Below, piece after piece: positions 29,977-38,851 of a stretch of 64,000 nt of DNA. The translations under genes and the position numbers were made by a program. Source of the DNA: a virus; the IMG/VR virus record IMGVR_UViG_3300032092_000005, positions 1 to 64,000 of that record. One strand, written 5' to 3'. How positions within the stretch are numbered: position 1 is the stretch's first letter; every line of letters starts with the position of its first letter. A model generated the notes under the pieces. That model did not search any database, was not told the origin of the DNA, and saw nothing but the letters and a program-made list of their open reading frames with translations.

Positions 29977-30165
29977 AGAATGAAATGTCTCCTGAACTTG
30001 AAGCTGTAGTTACTCAATTGATCCTAGAAGCATGGAACTATTGTCTGTTTGATGAGGAAGTTGTTGACTACGTGTGTGCCCGCTGTGATGCTACTCCTTC
30101 GGAAGTAGAAGAAATTTCCGATGCACTATACAATGATATGCGTGATTGATTAAAAAAGGATTGCT

Positions 30166-30474
30166 ATGATAGATGAATTAGAAGTTGATAAGGTACGAAA
30201 GATTGGTGACTGGACCGAGTCCGAAAAGGCTGAGTTTGTGTCATGGATTTATGGTGTGCTTAAGTCTACAGAAAAGGTAACTGTAACCTTTGAGAAGAAG
30301 GACGGGACTGTCCGGGAGATGAACTGTACCCTAAAAGATGTTCCAGCCTACGTTCCCAAGACGGATATCGTAAGGAAAAAGAGCGAATCCACGATTTCAG
30401 TATATGATATTGACAACCAAGACTGGCGGTCCTTCAGGATCGATTCGGTCCGGCAAGTAGGATTCACCCTCTGA
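30166..30474 (+). CDS. WYL_2 / Sm-like SH3 barrel protein
   Basis: VTFEKKDGTVREMNCTL..VYD....WRSFRIDSV. Confidence 0.75.
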   Translation: MIDELEVDKVRKIGDWTESEKAEFVSWIYGVLKSTEKVTVTFEKKDGTVREMNCTLKDVPAYVPKTDIVRKKSESTISVYDIDNQDWRSFRIDSVRQVGFTL

Positions 30475-30680
30475 AAAACTGGCCAGACCACTCAAAACCG
30501 CCGCTCCAGGCGGTTTTTTACGTCTATACGTACTCTCCTATTCCCCACCAGCCTAAAGTCGCCGGTGCCCTCTCCTGGCGCGTTGTTTTTATGCAACAAA
30601 ACCAAAAATAGTTAAAATAGTTGTTGACAATGGCACTGGACCTGTTATTATAGAGTCTTAGAGATTGAAAAGGAACTGAA

Positions 30681-30761
30681 ATGACTATCTTACTTGTGAT
30701 TTTTGCTGTTTTTGTGACTGTTGGTGCCTTGGCTAGTTCGTCTGTTAAGACGCTAGGCTGA
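30681..30761 (+). CDS. 26-aa hydrophobic peptide MTILLVIFAVFVTVGALASSSVKTLG
   Basis: Sole ORF between two promoter cassettes, AAGGA SD. Confidence 0.6.
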   Translation: MTILLVIFAVFVTVGALASSSVKTLG

Positions 30762-30850
30762 GTTGTAAAAAAACAACACTATGAAAATAGTTGTTGACAA
30801 ACCCACCAGACCTGTTATTATAGAGTCTTAGAGATTGAAAAGGAACTGAT

Positions 30851-31192
30851 ATGTTTGAAGTAGTTGACGGAATGAATGAATATCTTGAATGCATCAAGGC
30901 TGACTATTACAGTTGGATCGGACCAAATGCTAACGATATTCAACGTGATATGGCAGCCGACTTTTGTGCTGGCTTGACAGTTGAAGTTGGTTCCCGTTAT
31001 GCCAAAGTTGTCTCTGGTCGCAACGGTGGTCAGCGTACAGTCCACTCCTTTGTTTGCTTGCGTGATATGGGCAAATTTACTAAGGGTGACATTCTGAAGG
31101 CTGCTGGTTGGGCTGCACCGGCACGAAATTTTGCCCGTGGTAACACAATGGCTCGAACCTTCCAAAACGTCCGTTGGACTGGTGCTATGTAA
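30851..31192 (+). CDS. Conserved early phage protein
   Basis: VHSFV..GDILKAAGWAAPARNFARGN. Confidence 0.65.
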   Translation: MFEVVDGMNEYLECIKADYYSWIGPNANDIQRDMAADFCAGLTVEVGSRYAKVVSGRNGGQRTVHSFVCLRDMGKFTKGDILKAAGWAAPARNFARGNTMARTFQNVRWTGAM

Positions 31193-31285
31193 GCTGTTGC
31201 AAAAAAACAACAACTGTGAAAATAGTTGTTGACAAACCTACCACTCCTGTTATTATAGAGTCTTAGAGATTGAAAAGGAACTGAA

Positions 31286-32228
31286 ATGCGTACCAAAACC
31301 TACATGCCCGGCTTCAAAAATTCCCAAAAGATGCGGATCATTCTGCGTAAGAATGACGTTTCGATTGGTATGTATTTGACAGTTAAGGATATCGTTTTCA
31401 ACTTTGCAACTACCTCCGCTGCCGAGGCTGCATATGAGGCTCTGTATTACTTGGCTCAGATGCGTAGGCTGGAGAAAAGTGCTGGTGGTTTAGTTCCTAC
31501 TGGCTTCGGTCGGAAGTGTGGGCAGTTTGACGTTCAATTAGATTTGGTTTAAGGAGTTTAGAATGAATAGTTATGCAATGTATACGGATGCTGGCAATGC
31601 TGCTGTTGGTGCTATCGTCACCTTGGCTATCTCTCAAAATCTGTCATGGTCCGTTACTAACGGATTGCTAGAGGCTTTGAGTCAGGACGAGCGATTCTCC
31701 GAAGCTACTGACACCGCAGTCCGCGAGACTGTTTATTCCGCTTGTGATTTTAGTTGAAAGAAAAAAATGGCTAATTTAGTTTATTGGTATGCTCAGTGTT
31801 TGGATGATGCCGATGCATACTCCATTGTTGCTAAAACAAAAAAGGAAGTCAAGGCGCAATTGGCTGACCGTAATGATTCTCGCTACGGTCCTATAGAACG
31901 TAAGGTTCTGCAATACCGTGATGCGTTTGACTTGTTTGACTGGGCTACTAGTGAAGGTGGTGGACGTGGTTGTGGTATGACTACTAATGATGTTGTTTAA
32001 TATTTTTTTTTGGAGCATGTAATGAAATTTGAAACAACAATGGATCCTAAATTCCAATTTTGGATTTTTGCTGAGTATAAACCGGGCAAGCGAGTTACTA
32101 ATGATATGATAACTTTTGATACTAACCGACCGGATGTTCATGTAAACAAGTATGGCGTGATATTATTCCGATATCGGGATACAGCACAGAGATTGTTGGA
32201 AAAAGATTTCCCCAATACTCGACATTAA
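31286..32228 (+). CDS. Four small early ORFs (31286-31552, 31563-31757, 31767-32000, ~32010-32228)
   Basis: ORF track, SD motifs. Confidence 0.55.
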
Positions 32229-32272
32229 ATGGTTTTGGGTATATAATAGAGTCTTAATTAATTGGAGTTTGT

Positions 32273-32734
32273 ATGGGTACTCGGTCTTTTATCGGTGTGA
32301 TGCATGGTGATGTGTGCAAGGTTGTCTATTGCCATTGGGATGGATATCTCGAATACAATGGAAAAATTCTGTTTGAAAATTATGACAGTCCAAAAGCGAA
32401 CCATTTAGTTTCTCTTGGCAACTTGTCTATCTTGGGTCCGAACATCGGCGAAAAGCACGAATTCGAATGTTCTTATGCTTATGGTACTCCTGAGTATACC
32501 GCATGGCGTGAGAAAAAGTCCACTATGTGTACGTTCTATGGACGTGACCGTGGTGAAGCGGATACGGAATTTAAAACGTATACATCATTTTCTGCATTGG
32601 TTGATGCATTTGAAGGATCGTGGTGCGAGTACTGCTACATCATGAAGGACGGCGTCTGGTACATGTTTAATTCTGGAAATACTAGTCTCCGCCCACTGGC
32701 TGACGAACTGGCGAAATTGGACGCTGTTGCATAA
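32273..32734 (+). CDS. Conserved early phage protein (YCHWDGY family)
   Basis: MGTRS.IG..VYCHWDGY..G..L, YGRDRGE, EY.Y. Confidence 0.7.
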   Translation: MGTRSFIGVMHGDVCKVVYCHWDGYLEYNGKILFENYDSPKANHLVSLGNLSILGPNIGEKHEFECSYAYGTPEYTAWREKKSTMCTFYGRDRGEADTEFKTYTSFSALVDAFEGSWCEYCYIMKDGVWYMFNSGNTSLRPLADELAKLDAVA

Positions 32735-32817
32735 AAACAACAGAACCAAAAATAGTTGTTGACATTGATTCCAGGTGTGGTATAATAGAGCCTTAGACAG
32801 ACAAAAGGAACATCAAA

Positions 32818-33591
32818 ATGCAAACAGTTAACGAGCAGTCTCTTTGGGAAATCCAAGCTTACGGTGCCAAAAAGTCTGAAATTCTTGAATCGGTTACAGA
32901 ATCGATTACATTCAAGCTTTCAGGTGTCGGCATGGTGATTGCTTCTTATTTGTCCGATGCACAGGAAATGATTGAACATGGTTCGTCCAATGATGCACGA
33001 CAATACATCAACATTGCAAAAATGCTGATGATGGAATTCAACCTCGGTTTTAAGGATCGTTAATATCATGATGCTAGTTATCACTACCCAAGTCTATGAG
33101 AATTATGGCGCCCATGATTGGGACGGTGAGGGCGAGTGTCCTCAGTACTGGAAAGCTAAAGGTGGTTCTGAGTACAAGGTACTTGACATACCTCTAAATA
33201 TCGACTATAATAACCTTGTGAAGTTTGCATTGTCTGGTATTGAACAGGACAATGAACACTACCGCGAGACTATGATTAGCTGGAGCATACAGTCTGATGA
33301 CTACCTTTCATGGTTCGAAATTTCGCAGTTGGAGTATGATGGCACTATTGCGTATCCAGAACCGTCAATGACATATGAACAAGTAATGGAAAAACAGAAG
33401 GAATTAGCATGAGTAAAATGGCAAGTCTCCACATGGAAATGATGGAGTTAATTGAACAGGGATATGGTCCAGCTGCAATTGCTGCAATGACTAATGCTCC
33501 TCTTAATGTAGTGCAAGACTTTTTTGATACAGCTATGCGAGATAGCTGGAATGGACAAGACTATGATGAAAGTGAAATTGGAATTACCTAA
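32818..33591 (+). CDS. Three small early ORFs (32818-33063, 33068-33412, 33409-33591)
   Basis: Promoter cassette 32726-32817; ENYGAHDWDG.GECPQYWK.KGG motif in second. Confidence 0.6.
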
Positions 33592-33850
33592 GCGAAATTT
33601 TGTTGCTAAGGATTTGCGTACTCCAAAATACCGAATGCGAGTAGTGATGGATAAACGCAAAAGAAAAGAGAAATATCCATCTAAGGAATTTGTATGAATA
33701 CACTAGAAGAATTAAAAGCAAAAGCTGCTGCTATTCTGGAGTCCTGTGAGGGCTGGAAAAAGTGTCAGGATGGCTCCTACGAGATGGCACTCCATTATGC
33801 AGGATTTAATGAAGTGATGAAGCAAATACGGGAATACAAGGAATGTTGGA

Positions 33851-34740
33851 ATGAACGAACAAATTGAAAAACTTTTAGACCAGTGTCAAATTGAAACATA
33901 TGGTGTAAATGGTGAATTGTTAGAGTTTGGATTTGATGCTGAAAAGTTTGCCGAGTTGATTGTGCGGGAATGTAAAGAGAACTTTGCCAAAGTTTGGTAT
34001 GAACAAGGTTTGGATATTCGTGGTGCAGAACTTGGTAAGTTTCTGACACGGTTTGAGGAACATTTTGGAGTTGAAGAATGAACGAACGAATTCAAAAACT
34101 TGCTGAACAGGCTACAACAACAGTATCAGCCGTGCCCAACGAGTCAATGGCCTGGACTTATTTCGATACTGAAAAGTTCGCCGAGTTGATTGTGAAAGAA
34201 TGTGCTGATGTTGCTTGGATGAATACTCCAGAAACTGAAGAACTAGAATATAGTCATCTAATTAGTAACAAAATTAAACAACATTTTGGAGTTGAAGAAT
34301 GAAAGTATATACAGTTATTGTTATTGATCCCGCAGGTGATATTCACGAGTTATTTGTATTCACAGATGAGACTGCATCAATTAATTGTGACCGCGACATG
34401 AGGTTATCTGAATTTTACAAAGATTGGAACATTATCTGGGGATTTTCAGAAGTAGATTCATATTTAGGTTAGGAGTTGTACCATGAACGAACGAATTAAA
34501 CAACTTTGGTCGCAGGCTGGAGGTCGCTATGATAGCGGCAATCAACATACTTGGCCAGAGTATACAATTGATGATCCTAAAAAGTTCGCCGAGTTGATTG
34601 TGCGAGAATGTATGCAAGTTTGTAAAAAGACTGAACAATACGAAGTCGGCAATCAAGATCCGGTTGAAGTTGGGTGTATACGAGCAGGTGCTGTATTCTG
34701 TCGTGAAGAGATTAAAGAACATTTTGGAGTTAAAGAATGA
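33851..34740 (+). repeat. Three paralogous small genes (33851-34081, 34078-34302, 34483-34740) plus unrelated ORF 34299-34472
   Basis: Shared MNE.I / KFAELIV.EC / HFGV.E blocks, conserved at DNA level. Confidence 0.85.
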
Positions 34741-34940
34741 GCAGAGGATTAGAAATTGATTATGAGACTGCGGATCGAATTACAGTCTTGACTTTAAAAG
34801 AACATGTAGAATATCTGAAAGAGGAATTGCGTCAGCACGTTGAACAAGAAACGTGGATGCATTCAGAAGATGTAGTTGATACTCCTATACGTATTTCTCA
34901 ACTAGAAGCCGTCATCAAGTATTTTGGTGGTTCGGTATAA
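34737..34940 (+). CDS. Hypothetical protein
   Basis: Coupled to upstream paralog. Confidence 0.55.
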   Translation: MSRGLEIDYETADRITVLTLKEHVEYLKEELRQHVEQETWMHSEDVVDTPIRISQLEAVIKYFGGSV

Positions 34941-35017
34941 AAATATTTTTAAAAATGTATAGTAATTTACATTCCGAATGCATATATACTATACATGGTT
35001 ATACATTATGAAAAGAG

Positions 35018-35311
35018 TTGAATGTGAATGAAATTGAAAATGAAATTTTGCTGATTGCACAAGAAGAATGCGCAGAAGTAACGCAAGCAATTAGTAAAGT
35101 TTTTAGATTCGGCATTGATGGTAAACACTTAGGTGTAACCAACAGAAGCCGATTAGAAGAAGAGTGTGGAGATTTGCTATGCATGATTTCCCTAATGATC
35201 GATAAAGGTATCATTAGCGAGACTGCAACATATCAAGCATCCATGGATAAAAAAGATAAGTTAATTAAATGGTCTGGTATTTTTAAGGAAGAAAAAGTTG
35301 AAACAACCTAA
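35018..35311 (+). CDS. MazG-like NTP pyrophosphohydrolase
   Basis: QEECAEV.QA.SK..RFG...LEEECGDL. Confidence 0.75.
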   Translation: MNVNEIENEILLIAQEECAEVTQAISKVFRFGIDGKHLGVTNRSRLEEECGDLLCMISLMIDKGIISETATYQASMDKKDKLIKWSGIFKEEKVETT

Positions 35312-35465
35312 GAGTTTATCGTTAGTCAGTATAGCAAGACATATGCCAAAATCATGGCAGGGATGCACACGCTATAATATGGCAACGGCAACATTGGGCG
35401 CGGACTTTAATAACTCCCTTATTGCTGAACCTAGTCAGAGGCTTTTTGAAAGCGCAGTCGAATAA
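35298..35465 (+). CDS. Putative 55-aa leader peptide containing all 20 amino acids
   Basis: AAGGA SD 8 nt before TTG; overlaps antiterminator strand. Confidence 0.55.
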   Translation: MKQPKSLSLVSIARHMPKSWQGCTRYNMATATLGADFNNSLIAEPSQRLFESAVE

Positions 35466-35524
35466 CACAACACCCGACTACCCTACCAAAAAGCCTCAAG
35501 ACAAAAAATCTTGAGGCTTTTTTT
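35438..35524 (+). terminator. Intrinsic terminator with competing antiterminator
   Basis: AAAAAGCCTCAAGA/TCTTGAGGCTTTTT stem + T-run; 35438-35448 also pairs 11/11 with 35487-35497. Confidence 0.75.
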
Positions 35525-35527
35525 ATT

Positions 35528-35629
35528 GTGACTTAAAAACAACACTTCTTAAAAAAAGTGTTGACAACCAAGAAGATGCATGTTATCATACGTGTATCGA
35601 TTGAGAAATCAATCACTTGCTCCTTAACA
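35528..35629 (+). promoter_or_regulatory. tRNA-array promoter with boxB-like hairpin and boxA
   Basis: TTGACA-17-TATCAT (extended TG); GATTGA-GAAA-TCAATC; TGCTCCTTAACA. Confidence 0.7.
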
Positions 35630-35649
35630 ATTTGTATCCATATTTTTAT

Positions 35650-35723
35650 TCCCGAGTAGTGTAGTGGTAACACACCAGACTTTGACTCTGTTATTGTAAG
35701 TTCGATTCTTACCTCGGGTGCCA
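35650..35723 (+). tRNA. tRNA-Gln(TTG)
   Basis: Cloverleaf, CT-TTG-AC loop, TTCGA, CCA. Confidence 0.9.
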
Positions 35724-35725
35724 GT

Positions 35726-35800
35726 GGTGATATAGCACAGTGGAAGTGCAACTCCTTCATACGGAGTAGGTCGTTGGTTCGAATCCAACTATCACCACCA
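35726..35800 (+). tRNA. tRNA-Met(CAT)
   Basis: GGTGATA/TATCACC, TT-CAT-AC loop, CCA. Confidence 0.85.
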
Positions 35801-35840
35801 TATAAAAACACATTCCTATTTTTAGTGTGTTTCTATATGG

Positions 35841-35959
35841 TTGACATGCAATCATTACCGTGTTACAATAACACATCAACAAAAAAAGGAAGCGACATGA
35901 AACGTTCAGGTAAACGATAGTGTCAACTTTTGATCCCATGTATGGTCTTAAGTTGGCAC
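35841..35959 (+). promoter_or_regulatory. Promoter + minigene MKRSGKR (35897-35920) + hairpin
   Basis: TTGACA-17-TACAAT; AGGA SD; GTGTCAACTT/AAGTTGGCAC stem. Confidence 0.65.
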
Positions 35960-35986
35960 GTAAAAGAAAATTCAATACGTAACAAC

Positions 35987-36060
35987 CACTCTAAACTTTG
36001 GCGGTGAAGTCCTGCCTCTTAAGCAGCGAGAATTGAGTTCGAATCTCAAAGAGTGGACCA
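35987..36060 (+). tRNA. tRNA-Lys(CTT), atypical D-arm
   Basis: CCACTCT/AGAGTGG, CT-CTT-AA loop, TTCGAAT, ACCA. Confidence 0.8.
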
Positions 36061-36065
36061 TACAT

Positions 36066-36141
36066 GGGATCGTGGTGAAATGGTTATCACAGCAGACTTT
36101 TAATCTGCCAGTTTCGGGTTCGAGTCCCGGCGGTCCTACCA
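36066..36141 (+). tRNA. tRNA-Lys(TTT)
   Basis: GCAGA-CTTTTAA-TCTGC, CCA. Confidence 0.92.
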
Positions 36142-36225
36142 TATAAAAACACATTAAGCACCTCGTACGGTGTTAGGGAAGTTCATGCATGGCGACTCGG
36201 CGCAGGCTATAATGTGTTTCTATAT

Positions 36226-36300
36226 GGTGACGTTAGTTTAGTGGCAAAACCGCGGGTTGTGATTCCGCTATCATGGGTTCGATTCCCATACGACACCCCA
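36226..36300 (+). tRNA. tRNA-His(GTG)
   Basis: G-1, TT-GTG-AT loop, C73-CCA. Confidence 0.88.
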
Positions 36301-36311
36301 AAGATTTTTAT

Positions 36312-36386
36312 GCCTCGTTAGCTCAGTGGTAGAGCAGTGCTTTTACACGGCGAAGGTCGGCAGTTCGAAACTGTCACGAGGTACCA
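36312..36386 (+). tRNA. tRNA-Val(TAC)
   Basis: TT-TAC-AC loop, CCA. Confidence 0.88.
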
Positions 36387-36391
36387 ATAAT

Positions 36392-36467
36392 GCCAGGATA
36401 GCTCAGTTGGTAGAGCACTTGTTTGAAGCACAAGGTGTGGGCGGTTCGATCCCGTCTCCTGGTACCA
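36392..36467 (+). tRNA. tRNA-Phe(GAA)
   Basis: CTTGT-TTGAAGC-ACAAG, CCA. Confidence 0.88.
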
Positions 36468-36477
36468 GAAATGATAT

Positions 36478-36552
36478 GTGCCTTTAGTAAAATGGATATT
36501 ACACAACGCTACGAACGTTGGAGTGGGAGTTCGATTCTCTCAGGGCGCACCA
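36478..36552 (+). tRNA. tRNA-Arg(ACG)
   Basis: CAACG-CTACGAA-CGTTG, CCA. Confidence 0.9.
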
Positions 36553-36562
36553 AGAGATATAT

Positions 36563-36654
36563 GGAAGATGATGCAGCGGGGTTGGTCCTGCGACTGGCCT
36601 TGAAAACCAGGTTCTCAGAAATGGGATGGGGTTCGACTCCTCCGTCTTCCGCCA
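36563..36654 (+). tRNA. tRNA-Ser(TGA)
   Basis: CT-TGA-AA loop, long variable arm, GCCA. Confidence 0.88.
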
Positions 36655-36655
36655 G

Positions 36656-36695
36656 TTGACAATGAAGCTTGATTGTGATACAATAGCTTCATTGT
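36656..36695 (+). promoter_or_regulatory. Promoter for Y-like RNA/DUF2828 unit, inside an 11-bp inverted repeat
   Basis: TTGACA-17-TACAAT; ACAATGAAGCT/AGCTTCATTGT. Confidence 0.7.
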
Positions 36696-36703
36696 AGAGT
36701 TTT

Positions 36704-36869
36704 AGGATAGGTACAGCAACCCACTAATACCGAATCGTTTAGTCACTGTGGTAAAAAACTGGAGTACGGAGTCTTGACCGAGTACGTTGAAGGTTTGACA
36801 CTGAAACATACTAAGCAAGGAGAGTTTCGATTTTCTCTCTGTAAACAAAAAGTAGACAACTATCCTGTT
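36704..36869 (+). ncRNA. Y-RNA-like scaffold 1
   Basis: AGGATAG/CTATCCT terminal stem, GTACAGCAA, internal T-arm-like hairpin. Confidence 0.65.
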
Positions 36870-36884
36870 ATATTTGAAAGTTTT

Positions 36885-37017
36885 AGGATCGGTACAGCAA
36901 CATTAATCTTTACTAAAAGATGGTTCGAGCTAGTTTAAGGCAATAACACCCTTATTTCTTGAACCCACGTGAGTTTCGAATTCTCACTCGAAAGAAAAAG
37001 TAGAAACCGATCCTGTT
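36885..37017 (+). ncRNA. Y-RNA-like scaffold 2
   Basis: AGGATCGGT/ACCGATCCT stem, GTACAGCAA, GTGAG-TTTCGAATT-CTCAC hairpin. Confidence 0.65.
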
Positions 37018-37024
37018 GTATTTT

Positions 37025-37149
37025 AGGTTAAGTTCCGCAAAACAAAATATGCAAACATAAACCGAAAGTCTGGTTCGATTCCAGCTAGGGCACGTAGTGT
37101 CTTAGTAGTGTAATGGCAGCACATTGGTACGCAAAAAGTTTAACCTGTT
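37025..37149 (+). ncRNA. YrlA-like RNA (scaffold 3 with circularly permuted tRNA domain)
   Basis: AGGTTAA/TTAACCT stem; T-arm, closed acceptor hairpin, D-arm in permuted order. Confidence 0.75.
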
Positions 37150-37167
37150 GATTTGAAAGGAAATATT

Positions 37168-38607
37168 ATGTCAACATTTGTAGAAGCCGTAGTAAACCAA
37201 GAAGCCCGTACTGCCAATGGCATGAAGGCACGTAAGTCCACTGCTAATGCGGTTGTAGATTTATTCTACAATGCAGGTGCAAGCCGTGGTAAGAATATTG
37301 TTCCTGCATTCGCAGCAGCATTTGCGCAAGACCGTGATCTAGCATTGCGCGTAGCCGCCTGGTTGCGTGATGTGCGTAGCGGTGCAGGTGAACGTCAATT
37401 GTTCCGTGATATCTTAGGGTATCTGGAAAACAATGATCGTGTAGCAGCAAAGGCACTTGTTGCAAAGGTTCCTGAATTGGGACGTTGGGATGACTTGTTC
37501 ATCTTCAATTCTAAGGAAATGAAGGAAGCAGCATACACATTGCTTGGTGACGCATTGCGTGAAAAGAATGGCCTTGCAGCTAAGTGGACACCTCGTCAAG
37601 GCAAGCTTGCAGCAGAAATTCGTACATTCTTCGGAATGTCGCCAAAGTTCTACCGCAAGTCTCTAGTTGAAATGACTAACGTTGTTGAAACTAACATGTG
37701 TGCAAAGGACTGGGACGGGATTAACTTCTCGCATGTTCCATCTGTAGCAGCATCGCGGTACAAGAAGGCATTCAACCGTAACACTCCAGCTTATGCAGCA
37801 TACGTTGCAGAGTTGATGAAGGATCCAAAAGATCGTACAGTTGAAGTGAAGGTTAATGCTGGTGCAGTGTACCCATATGATGTACTGAAAGGTCGCATCT
37901 CTGGTTATGGTGTGTCGTTTGACAAGACAGAATTGGATCTGATCCAAAAGCAATGGGAAGCACTACCTAACTTTGTTGGGGATGCAAACATTCTGCCTTT
38001 GGTTGACGTTTCTGGTTCTATGACTTGTCCAGCAGGTGGATCAGGCTCAAAGTCTAAGCTGACTTGCCTGGAAGTTGCAGTCTCTCTGGGATTGTATCTT
38101 GCAGACAAGAACAAGGGTAAGTTCAAGGATACGTTCTTGACTTTTTCTAACAAGCCAGAGTTGATGACTTTGAAGGGCAACATCAATGAGAAGATCAGCC
38201 AAATGGTTTCTTCTGATTGGGGAATGACTACTGACTTGAATCGTGCGTTTGACAAAATCCTTAGTGTAGCAATTAAGGGCAATGTGCCAAACAGTGAAAT
38301 GCCAGAAATGTTGCTGATCCTTTCGGACATGCAATTCAATTCTTGTGTTGCACATGACGATTCGGCTATCGAAATGATGGCACGTAAGTACGAAGCAGCA
38401 GGATACGCCTTACCAAAGGTTGTGTTCTGGAACTTGAATGCTGCATACGGCAATGCGCCTGTGAAGTTTGACAAGTCTGGCACTGCATTGGTTTCGGGGT
38501 TCTCTCCAGCCATTGTTAAGCCTCTGCTATCTGGCGACATGGAAGACTTTTCACCAGAGGCTGTGATGTTGAAGACAATCATGGATGACCGTTATACTGT
38601 GATTTAA
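37168..38607 (+). CDS. DUF2828-family helical + vWA protein (Ro60/TROVE-like)
   Basis: RDVR.G.GER..FR, GRWDDL, AAKW.PR, FS.VPS.A, DVSGSM MIDAS, SDMQF, VFWNL. Confidence 0.85.
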   Translation: MSTFVEAVVNQEARTANGMKARKSTANAVVDLFYNAGASRGKNIVPAFAAAFAQDRDLALRVAAWLRDVRSGAGERQLFRDILGYLENNDRVAAKALVAKVPELGRWDDLFIFNSKEMKEAAYTLLGDALREKNGLAAKWTPRQGKLAAEIRTFFGMSPKFYRKSLVEMTNVVETNMCAKDWDGINFSHVPSVAASRYKKAFNRNTPAYAAYVAELMKDPKDRTVEVKVNAGAVYPYDVLKGRISGYGVSFDKTELDLIQKQWEALPNFVGDANILPLVDVSGSMTCPAGGSGSKSKLTCLEVAVSLGLYLADKNKGKFKDTFLTFSNKPELMTLKGNINEKISQMVSSDWGMTTDLNRAFDKILSVAIKGNVPNSEMPEMLLILSDMQFNSCVAHDDSAIEMMARKYEAAGYALPKVVFWNLNAAYGNAPVKFDKSGTALVSGFSPAIVKPLLSGDMEDFSPEAVMLKTIMDDRYTVI

Positions 38608-38625
38608 AAATCTAAGTATAACTCC

Positions 38626-38650
38626 GAGGATTCGAAAGAGTCCTCATTTT
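38626..38650 (+). terminator. Hairpin/terminator after DUF2828 gene
   Basis: GAGGATTC-GAAA-GAGTCCTC then ATTTT. Confidence 0.55.
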
Positions 38651-38687
38651 GAAGTGTGCTGATAGTGCATTTCAAAATGAAAAATAA

Positions 38688-38775
38688 GGAAGACTCCCAT
38701 AATGGTATTGGAGCGGCTTGCTAAGCCGTCGGTCGTTAAATCGGCTTCGGGGTTCGAGTCCCCGGTCTTCCGCCA
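38688..38775 (+). tRNA. tRNA-Ser(GCT)
   Basis: TT-GCT-AA loop, long variable arm, GCCA. Confidence 0.9.
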
Positions 38776-38851
38776 TACACAATGTACGCTATAATGTACA
38801 TTAACAGTGGTTTTTGTTCATAATGGGCGTTTTTATGCCTCTTATGACAGT

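Larger units (their letters stand above)
30582..31285 (+). repeat. Three near-identical early promoter/RBS cassettes (30582-30680, 30762-30850, 31196-31285)
   Basis: Shared AAAATAGTTGTTGACAA and identical CCTGTTATTATAGAGTCTTAGAGATTGAAAAGGAACTGA. Confidence 0.9.

Noticed and set aside
35897-36007. Amber read-through or stop-codon recoding of the minigene
   Set aside because: No suppressor tRNA among the 28, genes read normally in code 11, and the extension would run into tRNA-Lys(CTT)
36704-37149. Repeat-variable-repeat pattern read as a CRISPR array
   Set aside because: Units differ in length, and conservation is in base pairing rather than identical direct repeats; no cas genes
37905-38582. 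225-aa minus-strand ORF
   Set aside because: Shadow of the DUF2828 gene
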